Source: Octopus bimaculoides
Taxonomy: Eukaryota
DNA length: 56,216 bases
Direction of reading: 5' to 3'
NCBI RefSeq assembly: GCF_001194135.2
Contig: NC_068981.1
Span: 45,709,730-45,765,945 of the forward strand
The notes beneath the pieces were generated by a model, which was not told the DNA's origin, made no database searches, and was given only the letters and a program-made list of their open reading frames with translations. The translations under genes were made by a program, and so were the position numbers. Of the stretch, positions 12,201-26,600 are shown in pieces. Each line of letters starts with the position of its first letter. Within the stretch, counting starts at the first letter, position 1.

Positions 12201-15200
12201 ATAATACTGATTCATAACATTTGTATTTGCTCTTAACCTTTGTAGAAATTCCCATGACGTTTCAAGGCTTTCTCATTCTTTCTTCATTATTCGTGAAAGA
12301 ATTTCTAAATATCACATTTTTGCTTACGTTTCAATTATTTACAAACCCATATTTCTCACGTCATTACGCTGTCGACAAACTCACACACACATATCTCTGA
12401 GTATTTTATTATCAATAAACTATATATTGCAAAGATATTATTTCTATATCTTATCCTTATTCTCCAACTTCTCAGTATGTTATTTTAGTTGAAATATCAG
12501 AACCATTTTTAAAGTAACTTTCACTATCGTCTTTCTTGTTCTCATGCTTATACTTCTACAATAATTATTGCAACCTTTTAATATCTTTTTACAAAATACT
12601 TCAGTATGTTTAGGCAGGCTATATCACAACAGATTGGCCTCAAATACTTCTGATCTATTCTGTCGATTGCTTTCAACAACGCCATTTCCAAGAATCGAAC
12701 TGACTGAACTAAAGCTAAATAATACGTATATTGTATGTGATCCAATAATCAAACTAATAATATATTTTAGTTTATATATTCAGCATTCGTGCGTTAAGTA
12801 CATTCTCTATCGCACAAGATTAAAACGGAATAACTAAATGTGCAACAGTCAATATATATATATATANNNNNNNNNNNNNNNNNNNNNNNNNNNNNNNNNN
12901 NNNNNNNNNNNNNNNNNNNNNNNNNNNNNNNNNNNNNNNNNNNNNNNNNNNNNNNNNNNNNNNNNNNNNNNNNNNNNNNNNNNNNNNNNNNNNNNNNNNN
13001 NNNNNNNNNNNNNNNNNNNNNNNNNNNNNNNNNNNNNNNNNNNNNNNNNNNNNNNNNNNNNNNNNNNNNNNNNNNNNNNNNNNNNNNNNNNNNNNNNNNN
13101 NNNNNNNNNNNNNNNNNNNNNNNNNNNNNNNNNNNNNNNNNNNNNNNNNNNNNNNNNNNNNNNNNATATATGATATTACATATGTGGGTATGTGTTTGTG
13201 TATATTTGTGTATCATACCAACTAATATCTTGGCGGAAAGTGTAATAGTATAATGAACCACACATACTATAGGTGAACCCTGTTGAAAAAATAATATAAT
13301 ACAATATGATATTGGTTTCGATCGAATTCATTAGGGCGCAAACTTGGATGGTTTGAATCTTGTCGGTTGAATAGAACCTTCTATTCGATTGTGTCTTATT
13401 TTATCGACTCCCAGAGGATGATTATCGAAGTTAAATTCTTCGCTATATGAAGCAAATATGAAGAAATGTAAAATCTGACTCTTTTTCGTATATGTGTAAG
13501 CGTCACCAACGTTGCGTAAATGATGCGTATAGCCGAATTACTGGAGTGTTGGATATGGCTGCCACTTATTTTATTGATCCCCAAAAGATAACCGGTTAAG
13601 ATGAGTGATGCGGAATTTAAAATGAGAAAGTAAAAGGGCGAAACTAAATAATGCTATGCATATGATCTGACACACTTGTTCCCGCATAACCAACCCCATT
13701 CACACATCAAAATATTGATAAAATGGCTTAAGTTATTGCTAGCAATAACGTTTTTTGTGTTTATTTCGTGATCCAATAAACTTACCATAAACGCGCTGGT
13801 ATTAATATATTTCTTCTGATCTTGAAAACGAAAGATCCCTGAGACCAGTTATCCATTGAACGTCTACTCCAGTGCCTCTCTGCTTTTGTCTTCCTTTATA
13901 TGTGTCTGTGCTTAATTTGCAATATCGCATTCAAGTGATCGTTTCGATATGAAAGTCTCATTAATGCTTGCAAATATTATCTACCGATATCACCAAAAGA
14001 AAAGAAGGCAAATAAAAAAAATATATGTAATAATAACATTTCTGTGAATAGATGCGAGGAGAAGAGAACATCAAAGAATGTTCATCTTTCAATACTGACG
14101 AAATATATTGATCTTAATTCTTATATATGTTTTTATTGCTTCAGATTCTTTTTATCGCCGAATTTCTTTGTCATTTTGCGAATAATTCACACGTTATTCC
14201 TTCCTTTCTATTCCTCAACCAATGCAGTACCGCTTCTACACGTGCAAAGCTATATAGGTACGCACCATACAGCTGTGTTATAATTTTTATTAAATTTTCC
14301 TCGTCCACATAGTTATGACTTTGGAATTCTTTGTGATACTCACGCAGAGTAGGTCTTTTCTTTATTGTCTCTAGACTTCTTGATTAATAATAAGCTCCAT
14401 ACCAAAAAATTTCCTCATATACCTATCAAGTATATATTTTTACCATTTTATGACAATTCCATAAAGGATGTGCAGGTATGTTTCGATTCTTCTAATAATT
14501 TTGTGACTTATTTACAGTAAACACAAAGACAAATTTTAGCTCAAGAAAATGGTTAGGTAACCGCTGATCTAATGTATTACTGGTGTTGCTTTTTTTAAGG
14601 AATTTAGAGCTAACTCGTGTAGAATTAAGATACGATGGAAAAATTAAAGTGCAATGGAAATAATGTCATACACAATTGTAGATAAAGCGTACAATTTGTT
14701 TTAAAAGGTGTCTGAAAATGCAGCAGACTTATCTCCTAAACTTCGTTCTTGTATAGAAATTACAGCAAGTATTAACAAACATATACATACACTTATGCAC
14801 ATCGCAAAATTGAGGGTTTTATAAGGCGAGTCATTATACAATCTCTATGAATATTGGTGTTTCAAACTAATATACATTGGGGATTAAACGCAAGACATGA
14901 AGCTTTACTGCTTAAACATGCCGATTACCTTATTAGTGAATGATTTGATAAGAAAGTGTATATTATAACACCTATATTTTTCTAAACATTGCAATTGTAT
15001 AATAATTGATATGTTTTTATAGAAAATTGGATGAAACAAGCTTACGGCAATAATTTATTTTACAAGTTTAGTTGTAAGTAGTATACTTTTTGTATGTTTT
15101 AGAACGTAGATAGCCTTGTAGAGCGAAGACATTTTGTTTTCATAATTATCTGAAACAAACTAAAATTTTCAAAATCGGACAAAAATATTTTGCCTTTTGA

Positions 15201-16374
15201 GATATAGGAAGATAATTTGTAAACATGCACATTTGAATTGCACTAAGATTAAATTTTTGTCACTTGCATAAAGAAACCTATACATAAATGATAAACGTAA
15301 ATGATAAAGCCGACAAATCGCAAATATTTACTTCTTTACAAAATAGTTTGCTAAATTTATATACACAAGACTTTCAAGACTGAAAAGCACAAGTACACAA
15401 TTATATATCAACTACACAGTTATATATATTGTGCATAAATTTTAATCTTCCAATTCAGATATAAATGTTCATAGAGACTGAAATAGTAACATAGAAGTTT
15501 GGATTAAGCACAAACTCAATGAAACAAATAAGAAAATGAAAAATATTTTTTTATGTTTTAACATGATTTGTACGAATAAACCAACGCGTAACAAAATTTA
15601 AAACAAAAATATAATAGATGAATGAGGAAATACCTTCATTTTAAATCATTATTTTTAATTAAACCTCATTTCATTTCTGTTCCTTTGTCTTTAAAGCATT
15701 TTAAAATAACTTTTTTCGCCTCTTGATTCAGTTATTTCTGCTTGAACAGCTAATAAAAATGAATCAATAACAATTTGCTAGTTCAATAAAGAAACATCTA
15801 AAAATTAAAGTAAAAACAAATTTGTACATGTGTGAGCTGCAACATAGAAAAATGGAGTCATAACGTTAATTGAACGGGGGACAGAAATAGTAATAGTTCT
15901 CCACAATTCCTTAGCGTTCTCCCCATTTAGATATTACTTTGGTCAACAAGGCAAATCTCATCACGCACGCATATGGCAGATCTGCACTCTCCCTACCTCT
16001 ACTTAAATATCAGTTATCCTTTCCATATATACATACGTATATATATATATATATATATNNNNNNNNNNNNNNNNNNNNNNNNNNNNNNNNNNNNNNNNNN
16101 NNNNNNNNNNNNNNNNNNNNNNNNNNNNNNNNNNNNNNNNNNNNNNNNNNNNNNNNNNNNNNNNNNNNNNNNNNNNNNNNNATATGCATTTAAACACGTA
16201 TGCGTAGATATAGTTGTATATACGAGTTATACACTGAGGGAAAGCCACTAAGTGGCTTGGTTTTCCATCACGCTAGAAATGTGAGTTAAATACATAAATG
16301 TACATGTGTATTTATATTTACATATGTGTATATAGTTGTACAAATAGAAGTACATTTATACATATATGTTAGTC

Positions 16375-16412
<38 letters not shown>

Positions 16413-19192
16413 GTTATCAATTTGAAATTGGAGACGTTATTGCATTACTCTAACAACATTTCTTATACTATCAAACATTCATAAATTCAGTGTGTATTTC
16501 CACGAAAGCACTTTATGTGCACGCTTTGCACCTTCACGATATTATACATGGATTCAGATGAAATTTACTGTTTCATAATTTTCATTTAAAATTGTCAAAT
16601 AGATTAACTATATAACCTCTGGCAAAATGTCTCACCCGTATTTTATCAAATGAAATTTCCCCATATGGCACGATAAAATTTAGTAATGATATGATTCTGT
16701 TCCACACCCATATAACAATAGCGTGTTTAAAAAATACTCATCTATCACCCTCTCTGTCTCTGTATCTTTTGTTTCATATATATACATCCGTATACAAACA
16801 CTCACACACATATATATGTATGTATACATTTTGTGTGTATGTGAGCATGCGTGTGTGCATGTTTATTTCCAGATACATGCCATTTCAGTGTAACTATATT
16901 GTTGCCAGCCATTCCAAAGGATTTGCTTTTCTAAATCGCGGTAATGTCGGTAACTTTAGAAAACGAAATGAGTAAAATCGTGCCAAGTGAGCCAAAATAT
17001 GTTTCTGAAGTAATTCAATTTAAAACCATGGCAACATTCCAATTCATAACATTTGTTTCAATGTGAAGAAAAGCATTTTATGTCTTGAGTGCGTTGAATA
17101 CGTTGTGTATCGTATAAGAGCTAACAAGAGTAGACGTAAACGTCTTTCATCTTATCGCCAGGAATGAATTGTACAACCAAATAGTTAATATGGGTATACT
17201 GAATGCTGTAAAACATAATACTAAGTGAAAAAAATAATCTTCTGCTATATCGAGGCTATCATATAGTTTCAGTTGATGCCCTATAATTTTATTCTCCTTA
17301 TGAAATTTTTGTACTTTGAAAAATATATGTAAAACGTTAACTTTCATTCGATATGCATTATGTCGTGCCAACTGTATAAAATATCCATGTCAGTTTGAAG
17401 CGGACAATAAGCACATTATGATGCTCCAAATCTCGAAACTCATCCACCTGTGTTGAGAGAGGAGAAGTGTGTGTGTGTGCGACAGAGTGAGGGAGAAACA
17501 AACGTACATATAGGCAGGTAGAGAGGCAGACAGACATACAGGCAAACTAACAATCAGACAGACATATAGACAGGCAAACATGCAGACAGTCGGATCCATG
17601 GCGTGTTTAAGAAGGGCAGTCATCAACGAACATACAAAAACCGCCAAGTCGCATGCGTTTATATAAAGCAAGTAAAATTTAAAAAAATAATAGATAACCA
17701 ATTTTAGCGATATAGTGTCGATACCTTCAACGAGCTCTCTTTGTTGTTGTAATTATAAAAACAGTAAATTTCCTACGAGCAATATTTGAGGCATCTTTGC
17801 ACACATTAATCTTGCATGGCCTGTATTAATCTAATCGAGACATTTATTCGAGATACATGTTGTACACTTAATTGGAATTCGCTTGAAGAAAGATCAAGAT
17901 CAATAAATATGAAATGAAAAACGAGGAAAAAGGAATGCTTTTCAAATATTATGGTTATCTTTCAAATATTCTATATTGTTTCACCGACAATTCATTTATT
18001 CAGTGGATGCTTAACGGTAGGTTAATATGAATTTACTATGAACAGCAATCGGTGAAGAGGGGGTTGAATATAAAGTGGAGTGGTGAAGGAAAGCGAAGTT
18101 ATTTTATGTAGAAGAGGAAATTTACCAAGGAAATGAAAATGCATCAAGAGATGACATTCATTTCCTTCACTTGTAGTGAAGGCGTTATGTTAGAAAATTT
18201 AACATAAGCATGGAGCAGTATATGCGAAGTCATTTTTATAAGTAAGGCTAAATTTATTCAAAATATTATGACACAAATATCAAGTTCAAATCATCTTTCT
18301 AGTAAGGTAGACATATACGTAATTACTCTGATTCAACAAAAGCATGTCTACTGTGTTGTTTGCCTCATAAGAAAGCGGCAAGGGATTACTAACATAACAT
18401 TGTTGTTTTACATAGCTTTAAAATTATCTTGGTCTGTCGTAAATGTAATATCCTTTTATCATGGACTAGGTGACAGGAGGATGCGATAGAGATAGGCATC
18501 AATAAATAATGGCTTACGTAAGAAATGTGTAACAAATGTTTCACTTGAAATTGAAAACAATTGGTACTGGAAACTGAAGTTATGTTGTAGTTTCAAATTG
18601 TCATATAGCTTATTATGGTACATGTTGAAATGTGGTACAGTTTGGTGTTTTGATGTGGACTGAAATGTGGTAATATTGAAGTTGCGGTGAAAATGAAAGT
18701 TTCAGCGCAGGTTATCCAGTTTTAATTTGTGATGAATGTATATTGTACGCTGAATGCTCGGTCTATTTTGGTGCTCTGATTTACAGCTGGATTTGTACTA
18801 CACGTTCAAGTTATTGTATTAGTTGAAATTGTGTTGTGGGTTGGGGTTTGGATGAAAACTGAGCTACAGGTTGAAGTCGCGATGGATGCCGAAGTTTAAT
18901 GCATTTAATGCTAAATATATATATATATTTCCAGCTACTCTTTGGGAATAATTCAAACGGAGTTGTGATCTTCAACGCAAATAACGGATGGAAAAATGGT
19001 GTACATACTCTTGACCTGATAATAATTAAATGGGTACTAATCAAAGAATAATTCAATGGTTTTTGAATTGCAATCATAAGAAACTATACCCAAATGCACT
19101 CTCATATTACATGACATAAACACGATTCATCTTTATTAAGCATATCAAGAGGTATGATAACTATGCTTTTCAATATTACTGTAATAATTAAG

Positions 19193-19415
19193 GTGATGAG
19201 CTGGCGGAATTGTTAACAAGCTAGGCAAACTGATTAGAGACATTTCATTCGTCTTTACATTCTGAGTTCAAATTCCGCAGCGGTCACCTTTGATTTTCTT
19301 CCTTTCAAGTAGATAAAATAACTACCAGATGTTTACTGGGGTCGATGTAAACAAATTATAGCCTCATGTAAAATTTTAGCTCTCGTGACAAGATATGAAA
19401 TTCATATTTTTGTAA
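19193..19415 (+). mobile_element. tRNA-derived SINE, family 1 (more diverged copy)
   Basis: GAGCTGGCGGAATTG A-box-like motif and TTCTGAGTTCAAATTCC B-box-like motif; collinear with 4765-4975. Confidence 0.8.
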
Positions 19416-19626
19416 TAATTTTCTTTTCTTCATTATATGTGTGCGACTTGCTTTTAATGAGTTTGAGTGAAAAGTGGTTAAATTTATGAAATATATTAAT
19501 CTTACAAATTTCAAATAAAACACTCTTACAACAAATCTATAATATTTCTTTCGGTTGCCGAAGTTTATACATCAGTTGCTTACTACACCGACTACCATGA
19601 ACATAAAAGTACAAACTATACTGATA

Positions 19627-19847
19627 CAGTAATCCCTCACCACATCGCGGTTCGCCTGTTATGGTTTATTATTTAAGCTTACGTCGATTCTTCTGTGGTG
19701 TTGTTTTGCATTTATATTAGAATTGATATACAGAAATTTTTCAAAAAATAAATAAAATATACAGTACATTACTGCTTCTATTTCGCGAATTTTCATCTAA
19801 CTCGTGGTGTTTTGGAATGTAACACCGCGATAGCTGAGGGATTATTA
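19627..19847. mobile_element. Tigger/pogo-like MITE (about 220 bp)
   Basis: Imperfect terminal inverted repeats: CAGTAATCCCTCACCACATCGCGGT, preceded by TA, and ACCGCGATAGCTGAGGGATTATT. No coding capacity. Confidence 0.7.
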
Positions 19848-20405
19848 CACTTTTATTCTTTCGTAGCGTTTATCGCAACGTGAATGTAAGCAATTAAACA
19901 TTGAAATACTTCTAATGATTTCTACCGAGGAAAACAATCATCAATGTAGATGTTTGCTATTTTAGGGGGCTATGCAATTGTAGCGCGTAGTTGGCCCTAC
20001 CAGAACGTCTCTACGTTATTCTTGTCAGCATTATGAATTCTCTACAAATATGATTCCCATTTGTAGCTAGAATATCATCAATGTCATTCATATTTATTCG
20101 TCTATTCTGTCTTCCATAACTCTTGTATGATTAAGAACATAGACTCATAGAAGCAATTAACTAATAATTACATATTATAATTGTTATCTTTATGTCTTTA
20201 TAATTAATATCATCCGTTTATTTCAGCTTATCTAAACAAAGTACCTTCATAAAATAACACGTAAATAATGAACAATTTAAATGATTTAGTATTCATATCT
20301 TTTATATTTTCGTATTATTTGTAAATTAGAGAATTATATACATATACTTCCGTTTTATATATTCATAGATGAGCATATCTGTTCATATTTACTTATATGT
20401 ATACA

Positions 20406-20448
<43 letters not shown>

Positions 20449-21446
20449 GATTATGTTTGTATACGTATGTACATGTTTGTGTGTGTAACATATATTATAA
20501 TTACATATATTGGCGAACTATATGTATTGGAGAAGTATGTAAAACACTTATAGTCATGAGTTTATAAAAAGGAATTTTATAATTATTACTGTTTCTATGC
20601 CGACAGCGAAAATTTTCACACCGTTCGATAATAGATACTTAACATTAATTATATACATGGAAAATTATATTTTCAGTTCTATTCAATGAATATATGAACT
20701 ATTAATAAATCGTCGTGTAATTGTATATTTTGTGTTGTAGTAGATTAATGTAAATAATTAAAATAAACAAACAGTATGCACAATTTAATCCAAACTTTAA
20801 AGAATTAAAATCTTGCGATTTGAATTCAATCATAGATTCTTTGAATTTCCCCATTTCTTTCATCACGCATATTAATAATTTAAACAATATTTACTATCCT
20901 AGAGAAAATAGATCAAAGTATATTATCATAATCGAATTATTCGTGTTTCATTTGTTTTGTTTATTTTTTTATCTTCAATTTATATCATCGTAAATATACT
21001 TAAAAACAAAACAGAATACAGAAAAGAAACATATTTCTTTCTAACATACGGTGTCTGTAATTTATAAAACTCTATATGATATATGTACTTCAGTTTAGAA
21101 TACAGAGGTTCACACAATTAGAATTGTGAACCGTGAAAGTTAGGATATATACCTTTAGTATCATGTAAATCTTATGGGCTATTTGGATGAGGCTGTTAAC
21201 AAAATTACAAAGTGTTTTGATGAAATAATATTTCGAAAAGCATTTTTTAACTAAGTTGTAATGTCACAAACTATACTATCAGAAGAAGTATACTTAGGAT
21301 GAATGAACATTTTCCAATAGGGAACCCACACACGGTCACATATTCACACATCCACAAACGCACATGAACACATATATACATATCCGCACATTAAGTTCTA
21401 TGCATGCGTACATATCTTTATACATACATTTATATACACACACACA

Positions 21447-21487
<41 letters not shown>

Positions 21488-21974
21488 TGCTTTATAGGAT
21501 GCTGAAATATTCCTGGCTTTAAAAGTATCGTGAAATGCTTGACTGGAAATCCAAACTGCAGAGTTCCTTTACAGGTCGTAAAATAACGATGAGTTTGGTG
21601 TATTTCTTTCTTTCCCTGCTGAGAAAATTATATTGTTTTACACCATTTTATTCCTTTGGAATAATACCAATGTTGTCTTCAAAACATGTGTCGAAAGTAA
21701 AAGTATTTGAATATCACCTGCGTCCAACTCTTCATATATATATATATCGATAAAGAGAGATAGATCGTTACGTGTTTTTGTATGTGTGTGCGTGTAAAAT
21801 ATCATACTTATATATAAATGTACAAATACACATACACATATGTTTAGTATAAGGCAATTTCGCAGCATTTTTCTACTTAATATAGCAAATAAAAGATAGC
21901 AAAAATTGGTTAGCAGCAAAGTTCACACATTGCTCTAGAACTCATGTTTTGTCGACATTAGTGAAGGGATCACT

Positions 21975-22219
21975 TTAATAATAAAGCCACACTTACTCAG
22001 TAACTTTTTTGAGCGGAATAGGCTACTCAGCCTGAAAAAAAAATCTAACTGGGCCGCATCAGCAAGGTCATGCTCTGTTTTTCTTGACATGAGATCACCA
22101 TGTCAGGCATATATTCCTGTAATGCATTTAACTGATATACCCTCATGAGACGAGTAGGTTGATGGGTATACCGGCCTTCTTATATATTACCCCAGTGTCG
22201 CTTTGATGGTATACTGTAC
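21975..22219 (-). mobile_element. Probable SINE-like interspersed repeat fragment
   Basis: GC-richer block (minus strand: GGTGATCTCATGTCAAG..GCATGACCTTGC..GAGTAGCCTATTCCGCTCAAAA) that resembles octopus short repeats I recall. It has no second copy in this window. Confidence 0.4.
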
Positions 22220-22234
22220 CCTCTCCCTCAATAA

Positions 22235-22550
22235 TAATAATAATCAAACATGGAGGCTAGAGAGAGGCAAGATGTGGCATTAGTGGAGTCGAAAACTAGC
22301 AAAATTTTTGGGCATTTACAAAACCAAACAAAATCAGGAACTAGAACATAACAGAGCGAACCTAGAAGTGGGGGATATTTAGTTGATGCTGCATGCTCTT
22401 TTGACTTGCATCTTTAGTATGAAATAATCCGGCTCTGGAAAGTGAAGAAGATGAAGATAATGTTGGGTTCTTTGGAAGAGTATCACAAGGTATCAAGAGG
22501 AATATAAAGGAAATTGCAATACAGTACCCAGTAGAAATGTTGCAACGTCA
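22235..22550 (+). mobile_element. R4/Dong-like LINE REL-domain fragment, subfamily F (internally deleted)
   Basis: Preceded by a short (TAA)n. Joining frames gives ELEHNRANL..LVDAACSFD..YEIIRLWKVKKMKI..LGSLGRVSQGIKRNIKEIAIQYPVEMLQ. Confidence 0.65.
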
Positions 22551-22559
22551 CATTTAAAT

Positions 22560-23185
22560 GCAGGATAAAAAAATAACGAGGTAAGCAGCTGCGAATATAC
22601 ACTAACTGTACAATTACAAAATCTGTAAACCACAAAAAAAGTTATGAAAACAAAGGAAAAAAAAAATCAAACATTCAAAAATTCAAGCAGAAAAGGTCAC
22701 AGAAAACGAGAAAGCAACCATACTCTGGGGTATGCCAATACACACAGATAGAGAAATTAAGGCCAATAGACCAGATATAGGTCTCAAAAATCATGAAGGA
22801 AAAAAATGTTTTCTAATTGATGTATCAATACCAGCAGATGACAACGTTTCCCTAACAGAAATAGAGAATCTTACAAAATAAAAAGACATGGAAATAGAGA
22901 TAATTCGAATGTGGAATCTAAAAACAGAAACAATTCCTATCATAGTAGGTGCCTTAAGTATTATGAAAAAAAATATTTAGACAAATACATAACAAAAACA
23001 CCAGGACTTACAAATATATGTAACATACAGAAAATTGCACTACTGGGCACTTCACACATCCTACGCAAAACACCTTCAATACAGTAACCATAAGAGCATC
23101 ACAGCAAACCACAGCACATACCCAAGGCACACAGAGCTGCGTTCGGTAGTGAAGTGAAAGCACGTTATAAAATTAAACTACTGAA
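22560..23185 (+). mobile_element. R4/Dong-like LINE 3' end, subfamily A (REL endonuclease plus 3' UTR)
   Basis: Reads EKVTENEKATILWGMPIHTDREIKANRPDI..CFLIDVSIPADDNVS..IEIIRMWNLKTETIPIIVGAL..QKIALLGTSHILRKTPSIQ*, with the stop at 23085-23087. The 3' UTR runs directly into (TAA)n. Confidence 0.92.
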
Positions 23186-23211
23186 TAATAATAACGATAA
23201 TAATAATAATA

Positions 23212-23299
<88 letters not shown>

Positions 23300-23307
23300 T
23301 GATGATG

Positions 23308-23401
<94 letters not shown>

Positions 23402-23409
23402 TGATGATG

Positions 23410-23470
<61 letters not shown>

Positions 23471-23471
23471 G

Positions 23472-23522
<51 letters not shown>
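23186..23522. repeat. (AAT)n tract with (GAT)4 interruptions
   Basis: Read directly; GAT blocks at 23298-23309 and 23400-23411. Confidence 0.97.
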
Positions 23523-23523
<1 letters not shown>

Positions 23524-23526
23524 TTG

Positions 23527-23667
23527 AAAAATACCTTAGGAATGAGAACCCAGGCTTGAAATTTTCCCAAGACACCTGATCAAAGCTGGAGGCTATATCA
23601 GCCGAAACGTTGTGTTAATAACAAACAAGATGAGGATAAATATCCGTCAAATGTAAATAATGTAAAC
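23527..23667 (+). mobile_element. Short non-autonomous hammerhead-bearing element (Penelope pLTR-like), copy 2
   Basis: Homologous to the reverse complement of 822-995; starts a few bases after the (AAT)n tract. Confidence 0.75.
23571..23616 (+). ncRNA. Minimal type I hammerhead ribozyme motif, probably inactive (core G8 changed to C)
   Basis: Stem I GACAC/GTGTT, core CTGATCA (consensus CUGANGA), stem II GCTG/CAGC, GAAA, palindromic ACGT stem III and a GUU cleavage triplet. This is the minimal hammerhead layout known from Penelope-like elements. Confidence 0.7.
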
Positions 23668-26600
23668 AGAAAATCTATTAAATCTTACTTTTTAAACATC
23701 AGTAGGACACTTATTTGACTGTTTGATAATTCTTCTTTAAATTTTGAAGAAGTTGCATATTTACAACCATTAAGAACCATATAACAGAAATATCATTTCG
23801 TATCTTTTATGCGAAATAAATTTGAATGTTCCTCCACTAATTTGAGCGATAAGAACACGGTTGTTCGATCAGCTTATCTAAATCGTTGTTCATCAATATG
23901 CAAGAGGCAATATTTTCTGGTTATTACCCGTACGATTAACGTAGTTCTGAAACTGATTGAATGTGGCACACTATATAACATATATAGACCAAATTTTGGT
24001 TCGAGATATACATCGAACTTCCATTCAGAATTCTTCATCTAATCTGTGATAAATCCGTCGGCAAATATGTTAGTTGTGATATGGAAGCCCACACACTTCT
24101 CACGATTTCGAGGTAATTTCCTAATACCTCAGCCACTACTGCAACGACTGAGTATGAGTGTGTTTTCAAACAAATGATTGATTAAATAATGATACATAGT
24201 ATGTGTTAAGAACATAATGGAATACTTGAAATATTTGTCTAGATTGCGTATATAATTGGTAATTTCTCTTCAACGATACTTAAAAAATTTACTACAAAAT
24301 TTAAATAAATTCTTCACGAAGTTCACATAAATATTTATTCAATATCCTGTCTGAGAAAACATTGATTATTGTCTTAATGAAATGTGACGTGTTTGGCGGC
24401 AATGTATTGTCCAGTTACATGAATGTTTTCTTCATAAATTGAAAACTTGCTTTCAATGCAAAAAAATGACTGCCAAACAATCAGTTTTTCGGACAATAAA
24501 ACTCTAAACACGACCGTTTGCTGCTTCAGTTATTACCAAGTGACTAGATTTATCTAATTAATTATCATTGCTTGTGTTTAATGATAAAAGGCTATGAGTT
24601 TGTTCACCAAACGTTTGCCTGTGTTTATTACTTTCCTGTCCCCTGACAATTGATTGCAGCAACTTCATGACATATTTCTTCTTTTGATAACCCTCATTCA
24701 AGAAGAGTTTATTTATTTCTTCGTGTATTTTATTAATTCATTTTCTTCTTAACTCTTTTATTGCATTTTATCCTATAGAACCTATGGTTGATTTTGAGTT
24801 AATCATTGAATTTGCCGAAAATATATTTTCGCTGTTCTTTGTTTAATAATCTTCTTAAAAACTGAAAAAAACTCCGTTTAAAATATGAATGAATTGTAAA
24901 AAGAATGATTGTCTCTCACTGTGTATTAGGAATTTCATGAGAAGTATATATAACGTAAATAAAATATTACTATAAACACGCCTGAAAACACCTTCAAATC
25001 ATAATGCTTCAAGACTGAAAGTGTTTGGAAATTGGACTAAATTGAAAGTACATATATTACTGTAATTAGCACGGACCTAACAAAAATCAAATTATTTTAA
25101 GTACGCATGAATTTATAACCAGGTACTTACAGTTATCAACCTTTCTCTTATCATTGTATTGAATTGCTGCGTCAATCTGTTATTTACCACGATCTAATAA
25201 AACAGGCCCGTAACTGGTTCTAAAATTTCCCGTTCTGCTTATATTGTTTTGCATGTCCCGAATTACGACTGCTTAACAGGAGCATTATTCATGCTAATCG
25301 TACTAGAATAGGAATGGCATCAAAAGTTATGTTCTCTGCCTGATATTGCATGCAGAGACCAAAAAAAAATCGAAATAATTATTTTCATATTTGGCATATG
25401 TGTTCGTAACTCAATTGGAAACCAATACTATCAAAATATTCTGTATGACCGAAATAATAACTCTGAATACCGACGGATTTGCAATAAGCTACCCTTGATT
25501 CATAGAGTGAAACTGCTTCCTTTGTTATAATATACGCATACATAATATATGTATGAATCTGTATATAATGAACACTCTTTAGTGATTTAGCAACATCGTT
25601 TTTCTTAATTTCCTTTATCGAGCATCAGGATTCATGTTTGGTTAAACCTGGTTACACTACTGGACTACTTGAAGTATCCCAATGAACTCAGATAGTGAGT
25701 ATCATATTCGTGCAAAACCAGGCAGCTCTATTCAACTTCTCTTAGTTATACACTCCATGCTTTTTTAATAATTTCTTTAGAGAAATTTTGCAAGTAATTT
25801 TATGGATTGTGTCATTTCAGACTTTTGAGATATCGGGATTCTTCAAATTGATTTCTCCACTCCTGTTGTAAATCATACGATTTAATCAAACTTCATGTAA
25901 GAAATCTTCAATTTTAGTTCAGATCTAACCTCATTTTAGACAAACAAAATTTGATTTTAATATATAACTTAATCCTATCAGCAATATTCCATAAGTGTTT
26001 GAGGCAGCGGAATTTCATGGTTTATTTATCCTTGTCACTTGTTAAAATCGTCCTTCTTTCAAAGTTGTATAATCGAAGACAATATAATTCTTGTTCGTGA
26101 TTTATTTTACACTCTCTGATTTTTCTTGCACATTCGGAAGAACATATTAAGAAAATAATTATCCTCATCTCCAGTACCTACACTGATGTTGGTGATAAAG
26201 CAATCCTGAAGAAGGCTAAGGTAATACTTAGACATTTTCAAAGATGATATATTTGGAATCAGATATACATGTCAATGAGGCTAGACTTGCGGTTTTGGGT
26301 TTTTGTGTATCTTCATGCATGTAATTTTAAGTAGGTGGATAACTTAGTCTCTCAAAGTTATATTTTCCACTCTGCAAATCAGAATCAGTGACTTGAAAGA
26401 CCACAGTAAATTGTGTCAATGTGATGCTTGCATTAATACCTTACTGCTACATTCGATTTAGTTATAGGTGTACGTCAAAACACACGAAAGATTTTACCAG
26501 AAATCTCCGAGAAATCTACATATAAAAAAAATTAGAGATACTTTACACCTAACACATCAGTGTAAGAAAGAGTCCTCAGTCATCACCTACTATATTCAGA

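Noticed and set aside
16242-16258. Inverted repeat AAGCCACT-A-AGTGGCTT
   Set aside because: 8-bp arms are expected occasionally by chance in 56 kb, and there is no supporting context.
21497-21735. Possible mariner-like MITE (ATAGGATGCTGAAATATTCCTGGCTTT...)
   Set aside because: I could not identify a matching second terminal repeat.
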